Shown: positions 9,064 to 17,672 of the stretch, piece after piece
Numbering within the stretch: position 1 is the first letter of the stretch
Layout: each line of letters begins with the position of its first letter
DNA from: an uncultured Mycoplasmatota bacterium
GTDB taxonomy: Bacteria; Bacillota_I; Bacilli_A; Mycoplasmatales; Mycoplasmoidaceae
Direction of reading: 5' to 3'
Length of the DNA stretch: 64,000 bases
Assembly: GCA_949527715.1 (NCBI GenBank)
Contig: CATEWF010000001.1
Location: 9,883-73,882, forward strand
Program-made: the position numbers and the translations under genes
Notes under the pieces: model-generated
What the model was told of the DNA's origin: nothing
The model's input: only the letters and a program-made list of their open reading frames with translations
Databases searched by the model: none

Positions 9064-9073
9064 ATTACCTTTG
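9042..9073 (+). promoter_or_regulatory. Bacteroidota-type promoter
   Basis: TTTG 9042-9045 (in the terminator loop), TAccTTTG 9066-9073, 20-nt spacer, GCAttGTCAAA downstream. Confidence 0.7.
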
Positions 9074-9101
9074 CATTGTCAAATTAAAAACAGATATAAC
9101 A

Positions 9102-9416
9102 ATGAATACAATGGTTTTAAAAAAGGAGAGAGAAATTATTAAGTCAGCAAAGAAAGTAGCACTCAAGGATGGCTATGAACAAATTATTTATCTTCAAAGT
9201 GAAAAATATAGCGAGGGACTAACAGAAGAAGAACGCTATTCTTTTAGCCGATTATATAGTAATTTAAATTTGTTTAATTCAAGAGAAGATTTAGTTATCG
9301 GTATCGTTGATATAACTTACAATATATATGGTTGTCCCGTAGTAGAATATATTTCGGCAAGAAAATTTCCTGAGAAAATTAAGAAGATGTTAAAGAATTA
9401 CAATGTTGCTTTTTAA
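9102..9416 (+). CDS. hypothetical protein (104 aa)
   Basis: ATG ORF downstream of promoter. Confidence 0.65.
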   Translation: MNTMVLKKEREIIKSAKKVALKDGYEQIIYLQSEKYSEGLTEEERYSFSRLYSNLNLFNSREDLVIGIVDITYNIYGCPVVEYISARKFPEKIKKMLKNYNVAF

Positions 9417-9435
9417 CATCAATTAACAAAAATAA

Positions 9436-9467
9436 TTTGGTGGTTTCAGAAAAAATGACTACCTTTG
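9436..9467 (+). promoter_or_regulatory. Bacteroidota-type promoter
   Basis: TTAAC upstream, TTTG 9436-9439, TAccTTTG 9460-9467, 20-nt spacer. Confidence 0.7.
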
Positions 9468-9494
9468 CAATGTGAAACTTAAAAGACAAAGAAT

Positions 9495-9683
9495 ATGATA
9501 ATACTTGGTTTTGATAAAGAACAATACAAGAAAGAAGAACTTGATAAACTTAACAAAAAGTATCTTTATGAGGAGGCTTGTGATAATGATATGGTCATAA
9601 TCCTTGAAGATATTAAAGATTTTCAAGATTATCTTAATTCAGTTACTAATCATTCAAACGAATATTGGTGGTATTTCATTTAA
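9495..9683 (+). CDS. hypothetical protein (62 aa)
   Basis: ATG ORF downstream of promoter. Confidence 0.55.
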   Translation: MIILGFDKEQYKKEELDKLNKKYLYEEACDNDMVIILEDIKDFQDYLNSVTNHSNEYWWYFI

Positions 9684-9713
9684 ACATTAAACAAATTAAA
9701 AAACAAACAGATT

Positions 9714-10232
9714 ATGGAAAATAAGAATAGTATCTTTGCAGAAGTAGTAATTGATTTTTTTGATGATATTAAAAATCATTGGACTGTTGACACTTGGAAA
9801 ACCGATGACGATAACGAAGAAGGTGTTGTCGTTGCAAGAATTAATCTGAAAGGTGAAATTGAGTGGGAAGTAGAAGAAGCAAAGAATGACCCCTTTGTAA
9901 AAGAGGAATTGGAGCGTTTCTTTGACGATAGACTTTTCTCCGTTAAAGATGAAAATCGTATCAATGACGAAATTGTTAAATACATTAAGTCAATGAGCAA
10001 TAACGATGAAAAGGGATGGTCAATTCTTTCAAAAGATGGAAATTGTCAATATGATATTGAAAAGAAGTACATCCTAGGCACATATAAACATTGCGCTGGT
10101 TTCGATGGCTGTGATATATTCAGAGTTGAAGAACTATCAAGAGATGATGATTATGAAAGATTTGCCGATTGGATTTTGGAAGATATTAATACAGGTACAG
10201 GAGAGGAATATGTAATTCAGTTGGATTATTAA
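9714..10232 (+). CDS. acidic hypothetical protein (172 aa)
   Basis: ATG ORF rich in D and E. Confidence 0.65.
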   Translation: MENKNSIFAEVVIDFFDDIKNHWTVDTWKTDDDNEEGVVVARINLKGEIEWEVEEAKNDPFVKEELERFFDDRLFSVKDENRINDEIVKYIKSMSNNDEKGWSILSKDGNCQYDIEKKYILGTYKHCAGFDGCDIFRVEELSRDDDYERFADWILEDINTGTGEEYVIQLDY

Positions 10233-10251
10233 TATTTTTTAACAAGAAATA

Positions 10252-10283
10252 TTTGGTAGTGAATTTTTTATTCACTACCTTTG
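10252..10283 (+). promoter_or_regulatory. Bacteroidota-type promoter with embedded 10-bp hairpin
   Basis: TTTG 10252-10255, TAccTTTG 10276-10283, 20-nt spacer; same GGTAGTGAAT/ATTCACTACC stem as at 5046-5070 but with a TTTTT loop. Confidence 0.65.
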
Positions 10284-10329
10284 CATTAACAAATAAAAAA
10301 GTAATAACAATTAAATAATATTTTAAAAT

Positions 10330-11388
10330 ATGTGTTTATGTAGTCATAATGTTAAGCCTTTTGTAAGTGATAAGGATATTGTAGTTTATAAACGATTTGT
10401 TAAAGATGATGATGGAAAGTTTATAACTCCACATCAAATGAAACTTATCAAACTTGGTGAAGTAATGCAAGCAAATGGTACTTTGCCAGAGTTGCCATTG
10501 GATTATTCTGATAATCAAATTGGCGAGGGTGTAATACATGCTTATATTAAAGATGATATTATTGAAAGTGTAAAAAATTGTGGACTTTTTGCAAAAGCAA
10601 TTATTAAGGCAGGTACACCTTTTTTTGTTCAATTTGATATGGAAGAAATTGCATCTCGTGAACTTTTTATTACCGATGAAATTGTAGAGGATAATGGTCA
10701 TTATGATGAAGTTTTTACCAATTTGAAAGAAACTCGTGAGGTTATTTATAATCTTATGAGAGAACAAATTAGTTCAAATAATGGTGTTAAGGTTGGTGAT
10801 GTACTTTTATCTGATAAGAAAACTTTTGTGACCCCTGATAATATCAAGAAAGATATGAAGATTATTGGTGTCGTAAGTTATATTCATACTAATGGTCAAC
10901 CTCATATTATTTCATTGAAACAAGAATGTCGTAGTTGGTATAACGATAGGTATTGTGATACTTTGGTTAATGTAGTTAATTCTTATAATGAAGCGGTTAA
11001 TGATTTTAACGGAAAGGAATATACTGAACGACTTCTTAAAGAAGTTAAGAATAAGTTAAGCGATTATCCTGCCCTTGAATATTGTGCCGAATATTTTACC
11101 GAAGGAACACAGAAAGGTGATTGGGTATTTGATTCAACAGGTGAGATATTGCAAACAATTCGTAATGCCTATTTGGTAAATGTTACTATTGATAAAATTA
11201 ATGAGATTAATCCAAATATTAAGGCAGAACCAATTATCTATGGGACGTATTATTGGGCTTCAGCAGAGTACAGTCAGACGAGTGCTTGGAGTTGCAACAC
11301 TGGCTATGCGTATGTCGGCTACAACTTCAATAAGTGGCATAGCTATTACGTCCGTCCGTCTCTCGCTCTTGACGTAGCGCAAGCGTAG
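10330..11388 (+). CDS. hypothetical protein with DUF1566-like C-terminal domain (352 aa)
   Basis: C-terminal YYWASAEYSQTSAWSCNTGYAYVGYNFNKWHSYYVRP matches the YWSS..AW...G......VRpV pattern of DUF1566/Lcl C-terminal domains. Confidence 0.6.
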   Translation: MCLCSHNVKPFVSDKDIVVYKRFVKDDDGKFITPHQMKLIKLGEVMQANGTLPELPLDYSDNQIGEGVIHAYIKDDIIESVKNCGLFAKAIIKAGTPFFVQFDMEEIASRELFITDEIVEDNGHYDEVFTNLKETREVIYNLMREQISSNNGVKVGDVLLSDKKTFVTPDNIKKDMKIIGVVSYIHTNGQPHIISLKQECRSWYNDRYCDTLVNVVNSYNEAVNDFNGKEYTERLLKEVKNKLSDYPALEYCAEYFTEGTQKGDWVFDSTGEILQTIRNAYLVNVTIDKINEINPNIKAEPIIYGTYYWASAEYSQTSAWSCNTGYAYVGYNFNKWHSYYVRPSLALDVAQA

Positions 11389-11426
11389 TCTTTCTTATTG
11401 CATTTTGCAATTACTTAATTCTCTTT

Positions 11427-11464
11427 ATCTTATGACTTTTCAGAGTCATAAGATATTTTTTATT
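11427..11464 (+). terminator. intrinsic terminator
   Basis: ATCTTATGACT (11427-11437) pairs with AGTCATAAGAT (11444-11454), then ATTTTTTATT. Confidence 0.7.
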
Positions 11465-11497
11465 TAACAAAGAATTAGCATCTTTTAACAAAAATAA

Positions 11498-11529
11498 TTT
11501 GGATAATAAGGAAAATAGTATTACCTTTG
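11498..11529 (+). promoter_or_regulatory. Bacteroidota-type promoter
   Basis: TTTAAC upstream, TTTG 11498-11501, TAccTTTG 11522-11529, 20-nt spacer, GCAttGTCAA downstream. Confidence 0.7.
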
Positions 11530-11568
11530 CATTGTCAATTTAAAGATAATAATTAAAACAATAAGATT

Positions 11569-12150
11569 ATGGGACAAAGAACACAGATTTTGGTAGTAAG
11601 AGAAAATAACAAAGGCGAAAAGAACGCTAAGTTTTATCATCATCAATGGGGTTTTGGCAGAGTTATGTACCTTGCTCTTATGGATGCCTATATGAATGAT
11701 TATAATAAGGAGTCTTTTAAGAGTGGCTATAATTTCCTTAATAACAAGGATTTTACTACCAATGGTAAAATTTATGATGTAACAACAGAGGTACCTAAAG
11801 AAGTATTAAGTGTCGTTGATGTAACTGATTTTGAAACAATTAAAAATGTTTTTGAATTCGGTGACAATAATAATGGAGGTCTTGTTATTTCAATTAAAGA
11901 AGGCACTAAACATTATGATGGTGCAGATTTTAAGATTGGTTTCCTTTTGGGTGAAGAAGATAGTTACACCTATGATAGTAAGACTAATGAACGAATTGAC
12001 ATTGAAAAGCCTTTTTCACGTTATTTGACACCTCAAGAATATGGAAAAATGAATGGCGGTTGTTCATATTCAGACGAGAAATTTGTGAAAATGTTTACTG
12101 ATTTTTGTGAATATTTTGGTATTGAATATTTGTCTAATGTTAATGAATAA
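11569..12150 (+). CDS. hypothetical protein (193 aa)
   Basis: ATG ORF downstream of promoter. Confidence 0.7.
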   Translation: MGQRTQILVVRENNKGEKNAKFYHHQWGFGRVMYLALMDAYMNDYNKESFKSGYNFLNNKDFTTNGKIYDVTTEVPKEVLSVVDVTDFETIKNVFEFGDNNNGGLVISIKEGTKHYDGADFKIGFLLGEEDSYTYDSKTNERIDIEKPFSRYLTPQEYGKMNGGCSYSDEKFVKMFTDFCEYFGIEYLSNVNE

Positions 12151-12154
12151 AGAT

Positions 12155-12274
12155 ATGAAAGATTGTTTTGATTGCAAGTTTATGAAATGTTGTGGTTATA
12201 AGTGTTATATGTGTACTTTACATGACGAACAAGTCAGTAGCGGTCATAAATGTGACGATTTTGAAGAAGAATAA
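12155..12274 (+). CDS. possible Cys-rich mini-protein (39 aa)
   Basis: Hand-translated MKDCFDCKFMKCCGYKCYMCTLHDEQVSSGHKCDDFEEE; 9 Cys; below the track cutoff. Confidence 0.35.
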   Translation: MKDCFDCKFMKCCGYKCYMCTLHDEQVSSGHKCDDFEEE

Positions 12275-12297
12275 TTTTTAATTAAAAAACTTTTGTT

Positions 12298-12648
12298 ATG
12301 AATATAGCATATTATATAATATCTATTTATGTATTGCTTTTTATTGTATATATTATATTGTTTTATAATAGTACATTTTATAATATAGTTTTTAATAGGG
12401 AAGAATATAAAATATTAAAGGAATTAAATCATCTTGATATTAGTGAATTTAGTCATGTTGATATTTTTATGTTTCATAATGAGCAATGGCATAAATTTAA
12501 ATGTAATAAATATCCTAATTGGAGCATTAATGTAGTTAATAATCAACCTGCATTTATTTCAGATGAAAAAACGCATGAATGTATTGTGTCTGATTTTTAT
12601 AAAAAGGGTTATAATAAACTAACTAAAAAATTAATGGCTGTAATTTAA
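12298..12648 (+). CDS. membrane-anchored hypothetical protein (116 aa)
   Basis: N-terminal hydrophobic helix. Confidence 0.6.
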   Translation: MNIAYYIISIYVLLFIVYIILFYNSTFYNIVFNREEYKILKELNHLDISEFSHVDIFMFHNEQWHKFKCNKYPNWSINVVNNQPAFISDEKTHECIVSDFYKKGYNKLTKKLMAVI

Positions 12649-12655
12649 TGATTAT

Positions 12656-12895
12656 ATGTTTGGAATAATGACAGATAAAACAATAATAAATTCACAAGAA
12701 GAATTAAATTTTTATATTAAACAAATAGAAAATGGTGAAATTTATGGTGATAAATTTCTATATTATGGTGATTATTATGCTGAAAAATTTCCTTGTGTTC
12801 TTGGTTTAACTATTGATTTTAATGACTATAGTATGCAATATTCTGCAACTGCCTATGGTGTTATTGTATATATGGATGATTTTAACATCAATTAA
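12656..12895 (+). CDS. hypothetical protein (79 aa)
   Basis: ATG ORF, coding strand. Confidence 0.55.
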   Translation: MFGIMTDKTIINSQEELNFYIKQIENGEIYGDKFLYYGDYYAEKFPCVLGLTIDFNDYSMQYSATAYGVIVYMDDFNIN

Positions 12896-12904
12896 CACGA
12901 AATA

Positions 12905-12936
12905 TTTGGTAGTTTCAAGAAAAATGGCTACCTTTG
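12905..12936 (+). promoter_or_regulatory. Bacteroidota-type promoter
   Basis: TTAAC upstream, TTTG 12905-12908, TAccTTTG 12929-12936, 20-nt spacer, GCAttGTCAAA downstream. Confidence 0.7.
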
Positions 12937-12980
12937 CATTGTCAAATTAAACAAACAAATAACTTTAAAAATAAGAAATT

Positions 12981-13541
12981 ATGGGACAGTATTTTAAACC
13001 ATGTGTATTGAGTAAGAATTACAAAACAAACAAGAAAACACCTGTTATTGCAAGTCTTACTTCTTGGGATTACTCGAATGGTGCTAAACTTATGGAGCAT
13101 TCATGGGTAGGTAACAGATTTGTCAAAGCTGCAATTAAACTAATTGCAATGTATAAAGCACATCCGTTTGTGTGGTGTGGTGATTACGCAGACGAAATCT
13201 TTATCAATCAGGATAACAAAGAGTGTAATGCTTATGAAATCGCCAATTCTTTTGATGTTGAGCGTTTTGACGAAATGACAAAGGAGCATAATGTAGAAGA
13301 AGAATATAAGTATATTATAAATTACACAAAACGACAATATGTAGAAATTCCAGATTATGATGAAAATGTTTGGACTATACATCCGCTTCCGCTTCTTTGT
13401 GCTGATGGAAATGAACGAGGCGGTGGTGATTATCACGGAATTAATATGGATGTTGTTGGTAGTTGGGCATATGACAGAATTGGAGTAACTAATAAGCGAC
13501 CTCATTATAAGAAAATCAAGGTTGAATTTAGCGAAAAGTAA
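12981..13541 (+). CDS. hypothetical protein (186 aa)
   Basis: ATG ORF downstream of promoter. Confidence 0.7.
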   Translation: MGQYFKPCVLSKNYKTNKKTPVIASLTSWDYSNGAKLMEHSWVGNRFVKAAIKLIAMYKAHPFVWCGDYADEIFINQDNKECNAYEIANSFDVERFDEMTKEHNVEEEYKYIINYTKRQYVEIPDYDENVWTIHPLPLLCADGNERGGGDYHGINMDVVGSWAYDRIGVTNKRPHYKKIKVEFSEK

Positions 13542-13563
13542 ATGAGTTAATAATTTTACATTT

Positions 13564-13606
13564 ATCTTATGGTTTATTTTATAAATTTAAGCCATAAGAT
13601 ATTTTA
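13564..13606 (+). terminator. intrinsic terminator
   Basis: ATCTTATGG (13564-13572) pairs with CCATAAGAT (13592-13600), then ATTTTAATTT; stem sequence is related to the terminator at 11427. Confidence 0.6.
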
Positions 13607-13613
13607 ATTTAAT

Positions 13614-14018
13614 ATGAAGTTATTTCATTTATCGGAAGTAAACCATAATAATAAAGTATTTAAACCGAGAGTACCATATTCAGTTTTAAGTAATGGTTGG
13701 GGTAGCATCACTGAAGATGTTAAAACTAAAAGAGTTTGTTTTTCAAAAACAATTACGGGAGCATATTATGCTATAAATTTTGAAGGTGGGTATAATACCT
13801 TATATGTTCACGTTCCTGAAAACCTTAATGAAATTATTGCAAGGAATAAAATATATAAACCTACTGAAAAAGAAGTGCAAGATGCTGACTATACAGATGA
13901 AATATGGGTAAAGTGTCCTGTCAAGATGAAATGTATTGGAAAAATACAAATTGGATATACGTTAAATTATTATGAAAATCGCCCAAAAGTTCATTTTAAA
14001 TATTTGGAGAGATATTAA
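13614..14018 (+). CDS. hypothetical protein (134 aa)
   Basis: ATG ORF, coding strand. Confidence 0.65.
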   Translation: MKLFHLSEVNHNNKVFKPRVPYSVLSNGWGSITEDVKTKRVCFSKTITGAYYAINFEGGYNTLYVHVPENLNEIIARNKIYKPTEKEVQDADYTDEIWVKCPVKMKCIGKIQIGYTLNYYENRPKVHFKYLERY

Positions 14019-14037
14019 GATTTATTAACTATAAAAA

Positions 14038-14069
14038 TTTGCATAGTTCAAAAAAAGTTCATATCTTTG
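14038..14069 (+). promoter_or_regulatory. Bacteroidota-type promoter
   Basis: TTAAC upstream, TTTG 14038-14041, TAtcTTTG 14062-14069, 20-nt spacer, GCAttATCAAA downstream. Confidence 0.7.
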
Positions 14070-14096
14070 CATTATCAAAATTGAAGAGGATATAAT

Positions 14097-14384
14097 ATGA
14101 AAAAAGAAAACAAAAAAGTATATATCTTGACTAGAACCTATAACGGAAGTGATGCTGATGTTTTGGGTGTATATGAAGACAAGGATGCACTATTTAATGA
14201 CTTGAATAATTGGCTATCAGAATATTATATTGAACAAACCAATGATGAAGAAGATGAATATTTGTCTAAGGATGAGTATGTTGAAAACATCATTGATGGT
14301 TTGAAAGAATGTGATAAATACTATGAAGAATTATTTGATGAAACATTCTTTATTTCAGCCCAAGATATGAATACAATGTATTAA
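14097..14384 (+). CDS. highly acidic small protein (95 aa)
   Basis: D/E-rich, for example NDEEDEYLSKDEYVENIIDG and YYEELFDE. Confidence 0.65.
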   Translation: MKKENKKVYILTRTYNGSDADVLGVYEDKDALFNDLNNWLSEYYIEQTNDEEDEYLSKDEYVENIIDGLKECDKYYEELFDETFFISAQDMNTMY

Positions 14385-14406
14385 CAATATTAATTTATAT
14401 AAAAAT

Positions 14407-15108
14407 ATGGAACATAGAACGTACACAAAAATCAACACGCTTTATAAGCGTTATTGTGAGGGTGAACTGAAGAATTGCATTATTATCGGTGATTATTCTG
14501 ATAAGGAAACAGAGTATTTGAAAGATAATAAGTGGCTTTGTTACGAAAAGATTGATGGTACAAATATGTCTTATTATTGGGATGGGCATAATATGGAAAT
14601 TCACGGAAAGAGTGAAAGCGCACAAATCCCTGCTCACCTACTTAATAAGATGAAAAGTATCATTACTTCTGAAATGTTGGCAGATGTATTTCCTATTAAG
14701 TACGATGAGAATGGAAATGAAATTCCTATGAATATTCGTATCTATGGAGAAGGATATGGCAAGAAAATTCAAAAGGGTGGTGGACGATATATTAGTAATG
14801 ATACTGATTTTATTGTATTTGATATTAATATTGATGGATGGTGGCTTTTGCCTGATGCGGTAGAAGAAATCGCTAAGAAACTTGGTTTGAAGGTTGTTCC
14901 GTTTATTGGTGAAATGACTATTGGAGAAGCCGAAGAATACGTTAAAAACGGATTTAAGTCTTGTATTTCAGAAGATAATACATTGATGGCAGAAGGACTT
15001 GTATGCCGTCCTAAAGTTCCTCTATTCAAGCGAAATGGTGAACGTATTATTGTAAAGATTAAGACTTGTGACTATGAAGCATTAAAGAAAAAAAGTGAAA
15101 AATTTTAA
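14407..15108 (+). CDS. ATP-dependent RNA ligase-like nucleotidyltransferase (233 aa)
   Basis: Ligase motifs in order: I EKIDGTN, III FIVFDI, IV EGLVCRP, V IVKIKT; size and N-terminus fit minimal Rnl2/Rnl5-type RNA ligases rather than DNA ligases. Confidence 0.7.
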   Translation: MEHRTYTKINTLYKRYCEGELKNCIIIGDYSDKETEYLKDNKWLCYEKIDGTNMSYYWDGHNMEIHGKSESAQIPAHLLNKMKSIITSEMLADVFPIKYDENGNEIPMNIRIYGEGYGKKIQKGGGRYISNDTDFIVFDINIDGWWLLPDAVEEIAKKLGLKVVPFIGEMTIGEAEEYVKNGFKSCISEDNTLMAEGLVCRPKVPLFKRNGERIIVKIKTCDYEALKKKSEKF

Positions 15109-15120
15109 CACTAATTAAAT

Positions 15121-15306
15121 ATGAGACTATTGATTGCAAAAATTATTTTAGGATATGCAATATTTGGATTTATATTTGCTATCACTATTTTAGGTATGTG
15201 TTTATGCGGATATGAAGTAAGTCCAAAACTTTTAATGGCATCTTTAATTATTAATGGCTCTGCACTTGTATTTAATCTATTGAATATGTCAATACCATAC
15301 GAGTAA
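15121..15306 (+). CDS. small membrane protein (61 aa)
   Basis: Two hydrophobic helices. Confidence 0.55.
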   Translation: MRLLIAKIILGYAIFGFIFAITILGMCLCGYEVSPKLLMASLIINGSALVFNLLNMSIPYE

Positions 15307-15315
15307 AATATTATA

Positions 15316-15347
15316 AAGGTACGAATAAAACTCGTACCTTTGTTTTT
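15316..15347 (+). terminator. intrinsic terminator
   Basis: AAGGTACGA (15316-15324) pairs with TCGTACCTT (15332-15340), then TGTTTTT. Confidence 0.65.
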
Positions 15348-15369
15348 ATAAAATAATAGTTAAAAAAAT

Positions 15370-15549
15370 ATGATATTACCGATTTTTATTTTAGGTTATT
15401 TAGCCGTTGTACTTATTACATTTTTTACTATAACGAAAAAGGCAATAGATAAAACCAATAAAAACTATAAATTTACAATATGTTTATATTGGTTGTGTGT
15501 TGTAATGTATTTTATTGCTTTTTTATATCTTGTATTTATCATTTTTTAA
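15370..15549 (+). CDS. possible small membrane protein (59 aa)
   Basis: Hand-translated MILPIFILGYLAVVLITFF...; two hydrophobic helices; just below the track cutoff. Confidence 0.45.
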   Translation: MILPIFILGYLAVVLITFFTITKKAIDKTNKNYKFTICLYWLCVVMYFIAFLYLVFIIF

Positions 15550-15558
15550 CTAAAAATG

Positions 15559-15590
15559 TTTGCATAGTTCAGTTATTATTCTTATCTTTG
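15559..15590 (+). promoter_or_regulatory. Bacteroidota-type promoter
   Basis: TTTAAC upstream, TTTG 15559-15562, TAtcTTTG 15583-15590, 20-nt spacer. Confidence 0.7.
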
Positions 15591-15616
15591 CAGTGTAATT
15601 AAAAAACAGATATAAT

Positions 15617-16171
15617 ATGACACAGAAAGAAAAAGTTGAGTTGTTTTTGAATTGGTTAATGGATAATAATTACTTTAGTAAGTATTGTAATCAGTTGACA
15701 ATTCAATATAATATCAGACATAATGGATATAGTGGTCTATTAAATAAATTAAATGAAACTAATTATCAAGATTTTGTAGATATCCTTATGAATGATAAGG
15801 AACAAAAGAAAGACTTTGATTTACAAATGATGGTATTGGATTGGAAATCTTTTTATGAAGGGAATGAAGTCCTTAAAACTAAGATAGACTTTGTAAAAGG
15901 TGATTATATTTGTTATGTGTTAGATTCGTATGGTGTTAGAACTGAATATGTAAGCATAGTAAAATCTTGTGAAGATAACTATATTGAAGAATGTTGTAGT
16001 GTCATAAGAAAGTCAGAAGATGAAGAACTTATTGATAATATAAGTTTTAACGAAGGCTTTGATATTTGTGATAAAATTAAGCATTTAAGAAAAGCAACCG
16101 ATGAAGAAAAGAAATGGCTTGATGATTTTCTTTTAGAAGATGGTGTGAAAATAAATGAATTAATTGGATAA
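15617..16171 (+). CDS. hypothetical protein (184 aa)
   Basis: ATG ORF downstream of promoter. Confidence 0.7.
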   Translation: MTQKEKVELFLNWLMDNNYFSKYCNQLTIQYNIRHNGYSGLLNKLNETNYQDFVDILMNDKEQKKDFDLQMMVLDWKSFYEGNEVLKTKIDFVKGDYICYVLDSYGVRTEYVSIVKSCEDNYIEECCSVIRKSEDEELIDNISFNEGFDICDKIKHLRKATDEEKKWLDDFLLEDGVKINELIG

Positions 16172-16181
16172 ATAAAACAAA

Positions 16182-16409
16182 ATGGAGTATACTGTAAAAG
16201 ATTTAATTTTATCCTTAATTGAGGATTGTGATGGTAATCTTAATATGCCATTAAAAGGTATTAGACAGATAAATACACCAAATGAACAAGGTACATTATT
16301 TCATTATCATAATATTGGAATTGAACGAGTAAATGATACTGATTTTGAAGGAAACCCCATAATAACACTTGCGTTAGTTAGTGGTGGTAATAATATTAAA
16401 AGAAATTAA
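16182..16409 (+). CDS. hypothetical protein (75 aa)
   Basis: ATG ORF, coding strand. Confidence 0.55.
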   Translation: MEYTVKDLILSLIEDCDGNLNMPLKGIRQINTPNEQGTLFHYHNIGIERVNDTDFEGNPIITLALVSGGNNIKRN

Positions 16410-16411
16410 TT

Positions 16412-16585
16412 ATGACGATTGGATTAGCATTTCTTCTTTTCTGGATACTTCGTATTTTTGGTAAAGTTATTTACATTATTGAAGAAAAAAATGGTGGCAC
16501 TAGTTGTGGTTCATTTATTATGGGTACAATAATCCTTATCATTTCAATTTGGTTTGTTGTTAGGTTTTGGAATGTTCCATTTTAA
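16412..16585 (+). CDS. possible small membrane protein (57 aa)
   Basis: Hand-translated MTIGLAFLLFWILRIFG...IILIISIWFVVRFW; two hydrophobic helices. Confidence 0.45.
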   Translation: MTIGLAFLLFWILRIFGKVIYIIEEKNGGTSCGSFIMGTIILIISIWFVVRFWNVPF

Positions 16586-16605
16586 TATTTTTTAACTATA
16601 ATAAA

Positions 16606-16637
16606 TTTGGTAGTTGTAAAAAGATTCATTAATTTTG
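16606..16637 (+). promoter_or_regulatory. Bacteroidota-type promoter
   Basis: TTTAAC upstream, TTTG 16606-16609, TAatTTTG 16630-16637, 20-nt spacer. Confidence 0.7.
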
Positions 16638-16673
16638 CATTGTGAAACTTGAATAAACAATATATTAATTAAT

Positions 16674-16919
16674 ATGACAAAGGAAGAACTTATAGATAAG
16701 TGTCAGCAACTTTTTGACCAAGTTACTGAAAGTATGCCGAAAGACTTAGAGAAACTTTTAGCAAGTGGTGGTGTTAATTATGAGGATGCAGATAATGATT
16801 TTATCTTACCTAAAAAGATATTGTGTGCTATTTTAATGGAAGAACAATTCCAATATAAACCACTATCTTCTGACCGAAAGGCAAAAAAGGAAATAGAAAA
16901 TTATTATGCAATGATTTAA
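16674..16919 (+). CDS. hypothetical protein (81 aa)
   Basis: ATG ORF downstream of promoter. Confidence 0.6.
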   Translation: MTKEELIDKCQQLFDQVTESMPKDLEKLLASGGVNYEDADNDFILPKKILCAILMEEQFQYKPLSSDRKAKKEIENYYAMI

Positions 16920-16940
16920 TGTTATTAAAATAAGTTAGTT

Positions 16941-17576
16941 ATGGTTGTATTATATGGTAAAAGAAACGATTTTTTGAAAGACAATGGTTTTATACCAATG
17001 AAAACAAAAAATAAAGAAGGTAAACTTGTTGTAACATCTTACTTTATTAATTCTAACGGAGATATTGTTAGACGGGACGCAAATAGTCAAAATGGTTATA
17101 AGTTTTTAGATTATATTCCTGATAAGAATGGTTATGACCGACAAGGTTATAATGTTTGTGGGGTTAATATGATGAAACGTAGAAATATTCTTGTAGCAGA
17201 AAATTTTATCCCTAATCCAAATAATTATCCGCAAGTAAATCATATTAATCGTAATGTACGAGATAATCGAGTATGTAATCTTGAGTGGGTTACAAATAAA
17301 ATGAATAGTGAACATGAAAAACGGACAAGACATTTACGAGTATCTGTACCCGATTATCCAATCATACAACTTAAACAAGTTAATGAGAATGAATTAGTTT
17401 TTATCAAACGTTTTAATTCTAAAAAAGATATTCCAACATATATGGATAATAATCCGCATAAGATACAAAAATGTAATATTATTGCGGTATGTAATAATAC
17501 AGATGAATTTAAACATAGAAAAACTTATAGAGGATATGTTTGGATGTACGAACAAGATTATTTAAAAAAGTTTTAA
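16941..17576 (+). CDS. free-standing HNH homing endonuclease (211 aa)
   Basis: VNHINRNVRDNRVCNLEWVTNKMNSEH is the HNH_3-type motif (NH..N....NLEWvT...N.eH) seen in phage homing endonucleases. Confidence 0.75.
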   Translation: MVVLYGKRNDFLKDNGFIPMKTKNKEGKLVVTSYFINSNGDIVRRDANSQNGYKFLDYIPDKNGYDRQGYNVCGVNMMKRRNILVAENFIPNPNNYPQVNHINRNVRDNRVCNLEWVTNKMNSEHEKRTRHLRVSVPDYPIIQLKQVNENELVFIKRFNSKKDIPTYMDNNPHKIQKCNIIAVCNNTDEFKHRKTYRGYVWMYEQDYLKKF

Positions 17577-17595
17577 TATCAATTAACAATAAAAA

Positions 17596-17627
17596 TTTGG
17601 TCAGTTCAAAAAATCTTCTTACCTTTG
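17596..17627 (+). promoter_or_regulatory. Bacteroidota-type promoter
   Basis: TTAAC upstream, TTTG 17596-17599, TAccTTTG 17620-17627, 20-nt spacer, GCAgTATCAAA downstream. Confidence 0.7.
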
Positions 17628-17672
17628 CAGTATCAAAATTAAAAACTAGTATTAATATAAAATTTTACAGAA

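Noticed and set aside
15335-15342. TAccTTTG box after gene 15121..15306 as another promoter
   Set aside because: No TTTG lies 19-20 nt upstream (the sequence there is TTAT), and the box is the 3' arm plus tail of a 9-bp terminator hairpin. It is called a terminator only, although weak promoter activity for the small ORF at 15370 cannot be excluded.
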